DNA of 48,956 nucleotides from Candidatus Enterousia sp. (lineage in GTDB: Bacteria > Pseudomonadota > Alphaproteobacteria > Rs-D84), in assembly GCA_045651445.1 (NCBI GenBank), contig JAZRSI010000056.1, positions 1 through 48,956 on the forward strand. Reading direction: 5' to 3'. Below, one piece after another: positions 36,355-44,671 of this stretch; position 1 is the first letter of the stretch; each line of letters starts with the position of its first letter. The notes under the pieces were generated by a model that saw nothing but the letters and a program-made list of their open reading frames with translations, did not search any database and was not told the origin of the DNA. Position numbers and translations under genes: made by a program.

Positions 36355-39300
36355 ATGTTAAAGTTTTTTGTTCGTCGTCCAATTACCACATTAATGTTTG
36401 TTTTGGTATGGGTTGTACTTGGTTTAGTTTCTTTTCCAAATATGAACATAGAACGCACACCGTCTGTTGATTTTCCGATGGTAACGGCGACGTTTATTTA
36501 TCCTGGTGCATCACCAGAAGAAATTGAAACGCAAATTGTAAAGCGTGCCGAAGATGCAATATCAGAAGTATCCGAATTAAAGAAAATAACATCCCAAGCG
36601 TTCGAAAATAGTGCTTTTGTAATGGCGGAATTTAATCTGGGGGTAAATGTTAATGACAAATCTACGGAAATAAAAACAAAGTTAGATTCATTAATGTCAG
36701 ATTTTCCATCAGATATGGAACAACCTGTTGTTGAAAAGTTAAATCCATTACAAGAATCTGTTATGGACATTGTACTAGAAGGGGCAGATGCGCGTGATTT
36801 AGAAGAATACGTTGATGATATTTTATCAAATAAAATTACTGCGATAAATGGTGTGGCAAGTGTATCTGTTTTTGGTGGTCGCGAACGCGCAATACGTATT
36901 GCAATGTCGCCAGATTCAATGGCGGCCCACGGTGTAACGGTTATGGATATTATAACTGCGCTTGCATCTCATAATTTAAACGTCCCTGGTGGCAAGATTG
37001 AAACAACCCAAGATTCTTCGAACGTGCGTTTCATAGGTGAATTTTCATCAATCGAAGACATTTCTAATTTACGTATCACAACCGCCGAAGGGGATAACTT
37101 TATTTTATCAGACGTTGCCACAATAACAGATGCGGCGCGTGATATTGAAAATGGCGCACGTTATAATGGCGAATCTGTTGTTATTGCGTCTGTGGTCAAG
37201 GCATCAGATGGTAATGCGATAAATATTTCACGTGCATTACGTGAACGCTTGCCACAGTTACAAGAAGATTTACAATCAAGATTTCCATCTGCCAATATGT
37301 TTATTGCGTCAGATTCTTCGATAACTGTATCTGACGAAACGGATAGCACGATTAATGGAATTATATTGGGTGTTATTCTGACAGTTTTGGTTTTATTGGC
37401 GTTTACACGTAATTGGCGATCAACGGTTATTGCGGGTGTTGTAATTCCTGCGTCTTTGGTTGCTGGATTTTTCTTTATGGACAATAACGGTTTTTCCATT
37501 AACGCGATGACATTGTTGGCATATTCTTCTGCGCTGGGGACATTGGTTTCAAATGCGATTATTTTGATAGAATCTGCATTACAAGAAATGCGTCGCGGCA
37601 AATCGCCCGAAGACGCCGCGATTGACGGAACCAAGAACGTTGCGGTATCCGTATTGGCGGGCGTTGGAACAAATGTCGTGGTGTTCTTGCCATTGGCATT
37701 TATGGGCGGTATTGTTGGACAATTTATGGTTCAATTTGGTATGACGGTGGTATATTTAACCTTGTTATCATTGATGTTCTCATTCACATTAACACCGATG
37801 ATGATAGCCAAGTTTTTACGTTTGTCTGGTTCGCGCAAAGAAAAAAAATTAACAAAAAACCAAGAAAAAGAATTAAATTCCACCAGTTGGTTACGCCGTT
37901 GGTTTGCGTATCAGTATTCACATCCATGGCGTATAATTGGTTTAATGTTATTGATATTTTTTGGTTCATGCCAGATGATGAAATTTGTTGGAAATGAATT
38001 TTCGCCATCAACGGACGCGAACGAAATTACGATTACTGCCCGTGCCCCAATGGGTTCAACATTTGAAAAATCTGAATCGATTGCCATGCAACTGGAACAA
38101 GGTCTTGCACAGTTCAAAGAAGTAAAATCTACAACTGTAAAGATTGGTGAACGTGGATTACAGAATATAACAGTTACAGTTGAATTAGTAGATGTTTCTG
38201 AACGTGATATTTCTGACAAGAAACTTGCACAGAAAATATTACCAGTTATTGCGAATATTCCGGACGCAGAAATTCAAATCCGCGCGGGCGAAGCGATGTC
38301 CACTGGTATTACATCTGATTTGGTTTTAAATATTTTTGGACCGGACGATTCTATTCGTGAAGCATACGCAGAACAAGTAATCAACATTATAAATGAAATT
38401 CCCGAAGTACAATCTGCGGTACGTGCGCAACAAACACCTGCGATGGAAACTCAGTTTGTTCCAGACCAAGAAAAAATGAATTTCTGGGGCGTTCAAAATG
38501 CATACGCAGGCACAGTTTTGCGTTCTGCATTGTTTGGCAATGACGATTACAAGTACAAAGAAAATGGTGATGAATATCCAATAATTTTAGAATTTGCAAA
38601 ACCATTTAAAACACGTGCTTTGTTTGATAATGTGTATGTAAATTCTCAAAAAGGTATGGTTCCATTATCTGCACTTGGGGAAATAAAGACAGAACGCGCA
38701 ACCCCTGATATTCGTCGTGAAGATAAAAATAGATATACTGAAATTGACATTAACATTGGTAAATCTACTATGGGGCCGGTTCAATCAAAAATACAATCAG
38801 AACTGGACAAGATAGACTGGGAAAATGGTTATTACACTCAATTTGGTGGTATGTCAGACACCCAGGCAGAATCGCAATCTGAAATTGGTCGCGCATTTTT
38901 ACTGGCAACTATATTGACATTTATGTTGCTGGCGGCAATTTTGAATTCATTGGCGCACCCATTCACGATTGCTACATCTATTTTGACAAGTTTTTCTGGG
39001 GTTTTTGTGATGATGTTTTTATCTGGTGCAACGATGAATGTTGGCGCTATGTTGGCTTTTGTTATGTTGGTTGGTTTGGTTGTTAATAATAATATTTTGG
39101 TACTTGAACCCACCATCGGCAGAATTGCATCTGGCGAAAAACCATATGATGCCTTGTGGACAGAATTACAAGACAGAAAGAATATGGTTTTAATGACATC
39201 AATTGCGGTTATTGCTGGTATGGTGCCACAGTTATGGTCTGTTGACGGTATGAAGGTTGCGATGGGTGCTGTAATGATTGGTGGTATGTTGGCCAGTTTG

Positions 39301-39381
39301 ATATTCACCTTTACTTTGACGCCTGCATTGTTCTTTTTGATTGAACGTGCGCGTCATTGGCGTCCAAAATTACGCAAATAA
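36355..39381 (+). CDS. RND-superfamily efflux transporter (AcrB/AcrD/AcrF family)
   Basis: 1008 aa with 12-TM, two-large-loop architecture. N-terminus MLKFFVRRPITTLMFVLV is typical. Confidence 0.92.
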   Translation: MLKFFVRRPITTLMFVLVWVVLGLVSFPNMNIERTPSVDFPMVTATFIYPGASPEEIETQIVKRAEDAISEVSELKKITSQAFENSAFVMAEFNLGVNVNDKSTEIKTKLDSLMSDFPSDMEQPVVEKLNPLQESVMDIVLEGADARDLEEYVDDILSNKITAINGVASVSVFGGRERAIRIAMSPDSMAAHGVTVMDIITALASHNLNVPGGKIETTQDSSNVRFIGEFSSIEDISNLRITTAEGDNFILSDVATITDAARDIENGARYNGESVVIASVVKASDGNAINISRALRERLPQLQEDLQSRFPSANMFIASDSSITVSDETDSTINGIILGVILTVLVLLAFTRNWRSTVIAGVVIPASLVAGFFFMDNNGFSINAMTLLAYSSALGTLVSNAIILIESALQEMRRGKSPEDAAIDGTKNVAVSVLAGVGTNVVVFLPLAFMGGIVGQFMVQFGMTVVYLTLLSLMFSFTLTPMMIAKFLRLSGSRKEKKLTKNQEKELNSTSWLRRWFAYQYSHPWRIIGLMLLIFFGSCQMMKFVGNEFSPSTDANEITITARAPMGSTFEKSESIAMQLEQGLAQFKEVKSTTVKIGERGLQNITVTVELVDVSERDISDKKLAQKILPVIANIPDAEIQIRAGEAMSTGITSDLVLNIFGPDDSIREAYAEQVINIINEIPEVQSAVRAQQTPAMETQFVPDQEKMNFWGVQNAYAGTVLRSALFGNDDYKYKENGDEYPIILEFAKPFKTRALFDNVYVNSQKGMVPLSALGEIKTERATPDIRREDKNRYTEIDINIGKSTMGPVQSKIQSELDKIDWENGYYTQFGGMSDTQAESQSEIGRAFLLATILTFMLLAAILNSLAHPFTIATSILTSFSGVFVMMFLSGATMNVGAMLAFVMLVGLVVNNNILVLEPTIGRIASGEKPYDALWTELQDRKNMVLMTSIAVIAGMVPQLWSVDGMKVAMGAVMIGGMLASLIFTFTLTPALFFLIERARHWRPKLRK

Positions 39382-39384
39382 AAA

Positions 39385-39406
39385 ATCCCCGACTGGGGAT
39401 TTTTTT
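39385..39406 (+). terminator. Rho-independent terminator (ATCCCCgactGGGGAT + T-run)
   Basis: Hairpin plus T-run. Confidence 0.85.
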
Positions 39407-39472
39407 AATGCCTTGCAGAAATTAAAAACGTTGTTTATAATTCGTCCCGAATAAACAAAAGGTTATATCTAT

Positions 39473-40075
39473 ATGTTAAAAAAAACAGACGTTGTATTAT
39501 TTGATTTTGATGGCACATTATCTGCGGGCGATTCGAATATGGAATTTGCAAAGTATTGTTTCCGTCATAGTTTTCGTCCATGGTTATTTTTACCACTGAT
39601 TGGGATTTGTGGAATTGCAAGAATATTTAACCCAGATGGAATTTGGTGGCGTGAAAACATACGTCGTTTTGTAAGTCCAAAATTAATCAAACGTTTTGCC
39701 AATGATTTTATCAAGTTGCACAAGCGTGAACGTTTTGGTTGGGCGCGTGAACGTGTTATGGCGGAACGTGATGCGGGTCGTCGTGTTATAATGGTATCTG
39801 CCAGTCCGGATTATTTATTACCTGCATTGGTACGTGATATGAAATTTGATGCGGTATTTTGTTCAAAAACTAACAAGAAAAAACCATGGAAGTATGAATT
39901 TTTATGTTGGGGCCGGAACAAGGTTATTGCCATGGATGATTGGGCGGTTCAGAATAAAATAATACCGCACGTTGTTCGTGCATATTCGGATAGCAAATCT
40001 GATATGCCGATGATGGAAATTGCGGACGAGCAGATTTGGATTGATAAAAAAACAGGGCTAAGAAAATCCGCCTAG
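39473..40075 (+). CDS. HAD-superfamily hydrolase (subfamily IB-like)
   Basis: Motif I LFDFDGTLS. Later SASP and YSDSKSDMPM motifs. Confidence 0.75.
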   Translation: MLKKTDVVLFDFDGTLSAGDSNMEFAKYCFRHSFRPWLFLPLIGICGIARIFNPDGIWWRENIRRFVSPKLIKRFANDFIKLHKRERFGWARERVMAERDAGRRVIMVSASPDYLLPALVRDMKFDAVFCSKTNKKKPWKYEFLCWGRNKVIAMDDWAVQNKIIPHVVRAYSDSKSDMPMMEIADEQIWIDKKTGLRKSA

Positions 40076-40109
40076 TGCATGTAAAAAAATAAAGTGTTAA
40101 GTTGTTTCT

Positions 40110-40379
40110 ATGGCGGCAATCGTAGAAACACTTTTTGATGTATTAAGCGCATCCATAGGCGCGATATTGGGGGCAGTATTTGCGTTTTATCTTAATCGCA
40201 AGCGTAACCGTCGTATGGCCTCTCAACAAAGCATAACCCGTCAAGAACTAGAAAAAATAAAACTAGAAAACGAACGCTTGCTATCTCAAATAAAAGAAAA
40301 GGAAAACATAATTTTAAAAATGCAGATGCAAATTTTAGGCACAAATACCAGCGAACCAAAACGTAGCAGAAAAAAATAA
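40110..40379 (+). CDS. Hypothetical small membrane-anchored coiled-coil protein (89 aa)
   Basis: N-terminal TM segment followed by a charged helical region and a terminator hairpin. No clear SD. Confidence 0.35.
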   Translation: MAAIVETLFDVLSASIGAILGAVFAFYLNRKRNRRMASQQSITRQELEKIKLENERLLSQIKEKENIILKMQMQILGTNTSEPKRSRKK

Positions 40380-40403
40380 CCCCATGTATTTTCTTACATG
40401 GGG
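40380..40403. terminator. Bidirectional terminator (CCCCATGTAttttctTACATGGGG)
   Basis: 9-bp stem between convergent genes. Confidence 0.75.
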
Positions 40404-40420
40404 AAAATAAAATTAAATTA

Positions 40421-40876
40421 TTATTCCGAAACACCAATACTGTTGAACATTTGGATTCTCGTATTAACATTGGTACAGAAACTAAGATCTCCAATAGAAC
40501 AATACAAAGAACAGTTTTTAGAACAGTCTGTGTTAGTTGTGTGTTTGGCTCTTTGTACCCAACCTGAAATGACGGGATGCGATATTCTGCAGTAACAGAA
40601 TATACGATTTTCGCCATTTGCATCAACCCCACTTAGCCCCGGGGAAAATTGTTTTTGGTTAACCTCGGTCTGGGAAACGCATGTTGCCTCACCCGCAAGA
40701 CGTCCGTACGAAAACTGTGCCCACCACGACCATTCTGCGGCGTTGTTGCCAGTTGAACTGCATTTAACCTGTGGATCAAATACCAGCACCATAACATTAT
40801 CACGTGCGCACATATCTGTTGCATTTGCAAACATTGGTGCCGTACAAATTAACGTCGTAAAAATAATTTTTTTCAT
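40421..40876 (-). CDS. Small secreted Cys-rich hypothetical protein (151 aa)
   Basis: AGGGGATG SD. Signal peptide MKKIIFTTLICTAPMFANA. Preceded by leader copy 2. Confidence 0.65.
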   Translation of the reverse strand: MKKIIFTTLICTAPMFANATDMCARDNVMVLVFDPQVKCSSTGNNAAEWSWWAQFSYGRLAGEATCVSQTEVNQKQFSPGLSGVDANGENRIFCYCRISHPVISGWVQRAKHTTNTDCSKNCSLYCSIGDLSFCTNVNTRIQMFNSIGVSE

Positions 40877-40907
40877 TTGTATCATCCCCTGTGTAAAAAA
40901 AATTAAA

Positions 40908-41136
40908 CCGCCAAGGGATTCTAAGCGGTCGGGGAGTTCACAAATCATTCTGTTATTGATTCTGTTGCTTTTGGGTTGCCCCTATTGTATAACAAACAGC
41001 CCCCCGACTTTTATATAGTCAGGGATAAATAACGACACAAAACCACAGGAATGACATCGGATAACGATGCCCCCATATTTTGTACCGAACAGAACGGGCT
41101 TGTGACAGCCCCGAACCCATATCCCTATGGATTCAA
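40908..41136 (-). promoter_or_regulatory. Conserved structured 229-nt 5' leader, copy 2 (ends in a hairpin plus U-run terminator)
   Basis: Same length and architecture as 26595-26823. On the minus strand, CCGCTTAGAATCCCTTGGCGG is followed by TTTAATTTTTTTT. Confidence 0.6.
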
Positions 41137-41141
41137 GTTGT

Positions 41142-41170
41142 ATTTTATCATTAAAAATCTGAAATGTAAA
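41142..41170 (-). promoter_or_regulatory. Putative sigma70-type promoter for leader copy 2 (TTTACA-17 nt-TAAAAT)
   Basis: The -10 ends 5 nt before the conserved block. Confidence 0.45.
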
Positions 41171-41199
41171 ACGAATAAGAAATTGCGAATAATATCTTT

Positions 41200-41471
41200 G
41201 TCATCCCTGCGCAGGCAGGGATAGGGACTATAAGTTTCCCCGCCACCGCCGACCCCCGATGTGGGATAGTTCCCCTCCATTGGAGGGGTGTCCGCAGGAC
41301 GGGGTGGTTAGAGCGTTCGTAATTATGCACCTATATACCGCACTCTCTTACCACCTCCCGGCTGCGCCGTACTCCTCCAACGGAGGAGAACTTCTTTTTT
41401 TGCCTGCACCACGAAGTTTTAACGAAGTGGTGTGATCCCTGGGCAGGCAGGGATAGGGACCTTAAAATTTA
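41200..41471. repeat. GC-rich palindromic (MITE-like) element cluster
   Basis: TCATCCCTGCGCAGGCAGGGATAGGGAC at both ends (41201, 41433). CACCACGAAGTTTTAACGAAGTGGTG hairpin. Internal CCCCTCCattGGAGGGG and CTCCTCCaacGGAGGAG hairpins. Strongly GC-rich against an AT-rich background. Confidence 0.7.
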
Positions 41472-41501
41472 CTTGGTACTAAATAAATGTTTGCCGGCGC
41501 G

Positions 41502-42380
41502 TTATTCTTCGCCAAAATTTAAATCACGTAATTTTTCAGCACGTGGTGTAATTTTCGAAACAGATGTTTGTAATTGTTCAATATCATTTTGCGCCTGTGC
41601 AAAATGTCGCGAAACATTTTCTGCACGCCCGGCCAGTCGTGATAAATCAGTCAGCAACAGATCTAATTCTTTTCGTATTTTTACTGCAACTCGTTTAATT
41701 TTTATGTCGGATAAAACTGCCCGAATTGTATTCAGTGTTGCCCATAATGTGGATGGCGATACGATAAATACTTTTTTTCGTGCGGCATATTCAATTGTGT
41801 TTGGAAATTCGCGATGCAGTGTTTCGAATATGGATTCAGACGCAATAAACATCATTGCTGATTCTGCGGTTTTCCCAGTAATAATATATTTTTCCCCAAT
41901 TGCATCAATATGTTTACGAACGTCCAGTTCAAATTGCTTGCGTGCCATTCCATCATTCGCATCATTAATCATACGATTATAACTTTCCAACGGGAATTTG
42001 CTATCGATAATCATATCCCCCGGCGGATACGGCAGGCGTATAACACAGTCTGGTCTAACCCCGGTTTCAAGTACGGACTGAAATGCGTATGTTTCAGGTG
42101 GCATAATATCGCGCACTAAATCTTCGAGTTGCCTTTCCCCAAATGTTCCGCGTGCTTGTTTGTTGCCCATTAAAATATTTTTAAAGTTTGCGATATCGCT
42201 GCTGATATTTTTTAGTTCAATTGCATTTTGTGATAAGGCGCCAAGTCTTTCCGCCAATCGTTCACGCAAACGTGCATTATCTTCGCGCAGTCCAGAAATA
42301 TCAAAAACCGGTTTACGCATCAGTATCGCAATCAATAAAACAATAATAATTGTCAATAATACAAAAATATAAGTTGTCAT
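41502..42380 (-). CDS. rmuC: DNA recombination protein RmuC (short form)
   Basis: N-terminal TM segment, coiled coil and conserved RmuC-domain sequence (RPDCVIRLPYPPGDMIIDSKFPLESY...). Confidence 0.85.
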   Translation of the reverse strand: MTTYIFVLLTIIIVLLIAILMRKPVFDISGLREDNARLRERLAERLGALSQNAIELKNISSDIANFKNILMGNKQARGTFGERQLEDLVRDIMPPETYAFQSVLETGVRPDCVIRLPYPPGDMIIDSKFPLESYNRMINDANDGMARKQFELDVRKHIDAIGEKYIITGKTAESAMMFIASESIFETLHREFPNTIEYAARKKVFIVSPSTLWATLNTIRAVLSDIKIKRVAVKIRKELDLLLTDLSRLAGRAENVSRHFAQAQNDIEQLQTSVSKITPRAEKLRDLNFGEE

Positions 42381-42424
42381 TTTCTAATCCTTTGGTATTA
42401 TTTATTATAACAAGGGAAATATAA

Positions 42425-42928
42425 ATGTTGCAAATGAAACTTTGTGGTGATTTAGTTTTACGAACGGTTTGCGAACCGGTTGGTGAAATTACACCTGATT
42501 TATTATCTACATTGGACACAATGGTAAAAATGATGCGTGAACAAAACGGGGTTGGGCTTGCCGCACCCCAGGTTGGTTTTACATCACGCTTTTTGGTAAT
42601 GATGGACCCCGATAGCGAGGTTATATATCGTATGATAAATCCAAAAATTATTTCGCGTGGAACGGAACTTTGCACAATGGAAGAGGGCTGTTTGTCTGTC
42701 TTGGGTCCGGATGGTTTACCGGTATTTGCAAATGTTACGCGCCCAGAAAGCGTTGTTGTTGAATGGACGGACGAAAACGGTGATAGCAAGGCTGCACAAA
42801 TGTCTGGCGTTCCTGCCCGCATTGTTCAGCATGAAACAGACCATCTTGATGGTAAATTATTTATCGATTATTTGCCCGCGGTTCGTCGTGAAATGGTAAT
42901 GCGCAAGGTACGGAAGCATAAAAAATGA
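42425..42928 (+). CDS. def: Peptide deformylase
   Basis: GVGLAAPQVG, EGCLSV and HETDHLDG motifs. Confidence 0.95.
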   Translation: MLQMKLCGDLVLRTVCEPVGEITPDLLSTLDTMVKMMREQNGVGLAAPQVGFTSRFLVMMDPDSEVIYRMINPKIISRGTELCTMEEGCLSVLGPDGLPVFANVTRPESVVVEWTDENGDSKAAQMSGVPARIVQHETDHLDGKLFIDYLPAVRREMVMRKVRKHKK

Positions 42929-43731
42929 AATTAGTTTTAATGGGCACAAATGATTTCGTTGTCCCTATCTTTGAAGCAATAAGAAACGCAGGCCATGAAA
43001 TTGTGGCTGTGTTCACTCGCGCTCCAAAACCAATGGGGCGGAAACAGATTTTAACTCCTTCACCTGTACATATTTGGGCGGAAACTAACGGACTAAAATT
43101 ACATACCAATATCAATGAATATAATTATTCACCAGATATGGTTGTGGTTATATCTTATGGTGTGATATTGCGCGATAATGTTTTAAATTCTACGCCTGTT
43201 ATAAACATTCACCCCAGTTTATTGCCAAAATATCGTGGTCCATCACCAATAAGAACCGCGCTTTACAACGGCGACACAAAATCGGCGGTATGCCTGATGG
43301 CTGTAACTCCCGAATTAGATGCGGGTGATATTTATATATGTCGTGAATTTGAAATTGATATCAATGAAACTAATTGCGATATTGAAAAACGGGTTTCTGA
43401 AATCGGGTCAGATATGCTGATTGAATATTTAAAAAATCCATCTTCATATCCTGCGAGCCCACAAATTGGCGAACCAACATTTACAAAAAAATGGACCGGC
43501 GCCGATGAAGTCATAGATTGGTCGCGTGGGGATGTTGCGGTGCATAATCAGATACGTGCATTGGGGGCAGGGCGCACAAAAATAAACGGCATAGATATCA
43601 AGATTTTGAAAACGAAGTTAAATAACGACAAACTTGAAATATTGCAATTACAACCCGCGGGCAAGAAACCGATGGATTGGAAAAGTTTCCTAAATGGTTT
43701 ACGTGGTACGGACATAAGGATTGGTGAATGA
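42925..43731 (+). CDS. fmt: Methionyl-tRNA formyltransferase (short, 268 aa)
   Basis: INIHPSLLPKYRGPSPI motif. ATGA overlap with def. Confidence 0.88.
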   Translation: MKLVLMGTNDFVVPIFEAIRNAGHEIVAVFTRAPKPMGRKQILTPSPVHIWAETNGLKLHTNINEYNYSPDMVVVISYGVILRDNVLNSTPVINIHPSLLPKYRGPSPIRTALYNGDTKSAVCLMAVTPELDAGDIYICREFEIDINETNCDIEKRVSEIGSDMLIEYLKNPSSYPASPQIGEPTFTKKWTGADEVIDWSRGDVAVHNQIRALGAGRTKINGIDIKILKTKLNNDKLEILQLQPAGKKPMDWKSFLNGLRGTDIRIGE

Positions 43732-43934
43732 ATAAAAAAAATTGTGGAATTTGGCACGAAGCGATAAAAATCTCTGAACATAATGACGATGGTGCCTGTC
43801 CGTGTTTAGGGTGTTTGGGATTGCGTTGTACGAATTGTAGTGTGTACATTAAACTTGCGAATCTTACATATGAAGCGTATATGAAAGACATGCCAACAAA
43901 ATGTCAGTTATGTCGCGGGATAAAACAAAGATAA
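43728..43934 (+). CDS. Hypothetical small Cys-rich (zinc-ribbon-like) protein, 68 aa
   Basis: The start overlaps the fmt stop (ATGA). CPCLGCLGLRCTNC ... CQLC pattern. Confidence 0.35.
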   Translation: MNKKNCGIWHEAIKISEHNDDGACPCLGCLGLRCTNCSVYIKLANLTYEAYMKDMPTKCQLCRGIKQR

Positions 43935-43939
43935 AAATT

Positions 43940-44671
43940 ATGACACGATACAAAGTTGTTTTAGAATACGATGGAACAAATTTAATTGGCTGGCAGGAAA
44001 ATCGCCAAGGTCCATCTGTTCAGTCTATTATGCGTGATGCGCTGGAATCCTTTTGTGGGGTTCGTGCAGATGTGGTTGCGGCGGGGCGCACAGATTCTGG
44101 TGTTCATGCGATTGGGATGGTTGCGCATTTTGATATTGATGGCGATTATGATTCTAATACAGTTATGCGTGCATTGAATTTTTATTTAAATAATCAGCCT
44201 GTTTCTGTTTTGTCTTGTGAAGTGGTCGATGATGATTTTAATGCGCGTTTTTCATGTGTTGCGCGCCATTATAAATACATTGTTTTAAATCGTGCTGCTG
44301 CGCCGGTATTAAAGAAAGATAGGGTATATTGGGTACCACGTAATTTAGACATAGACGCGATGCGTGCGGCCGCGAAAAAGTTAATCGGCAATCACGATTT
44401 CAGCAGTTTTCGTGCATCAGAATGTCAGGCAAAATCCCCAATTAAAACCCTTGATAAAATTGAAATCATTGTTTCGGGCGACGAAATAATTTTTGAATTT
44501 TCTGCGCGTTCATTTTTACATCATATGGTACGAAATATAGTTGGCACATTGATAGAAATTGGTTTGGGCAAGCCATATGATATCGATGAAATATTTGCCG
44601 CCAAGAATCGCAGTGCCGCGGGCCCAACTGCGCCGGCAAGCGGATTATACTTTGTTCGTGCGGATTATTAA
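43940..44671 (+). CDS. truA: tRNA pseudouridine(38-40) synthase
   Basis: YKVVLEYDGTNLIGWQ and GRTDSGVHA (catalytic Asp) motifs. Confidence 0.93.
   Translation: MTRYKVVLEYDGTNLIGWQENRQGPSVQSIMRDALESFCGVRADVVAAGRTDSGVHAIGMVAHFDIDGDYDSNTVMRALNFYLNNQPVSVLSCEVVDDDFNARFSCVARHYKYIVLNRAAAPVLKKDRVYWVPRNLDIDAMRAAAKKLIGNHDFSSFRASECQAKSPIKTLDKIEIIVSGDEIIFEFSARSFLHHMVRNIVGTLIEIGLGKPYDIDEIFAAKNRSAAGPTAPASGLYFVRADY

Noticed and set aside
41473-41982. A 169-aa plus-strand ORF. The same applies to 42313-42822 (minus) and 27651-28025 (plus).
   Set aside because: These are antisense to rmuC, def and the integrase respectively. Their composition is Ser/Cys/Phe-rich shadow-ORF type.
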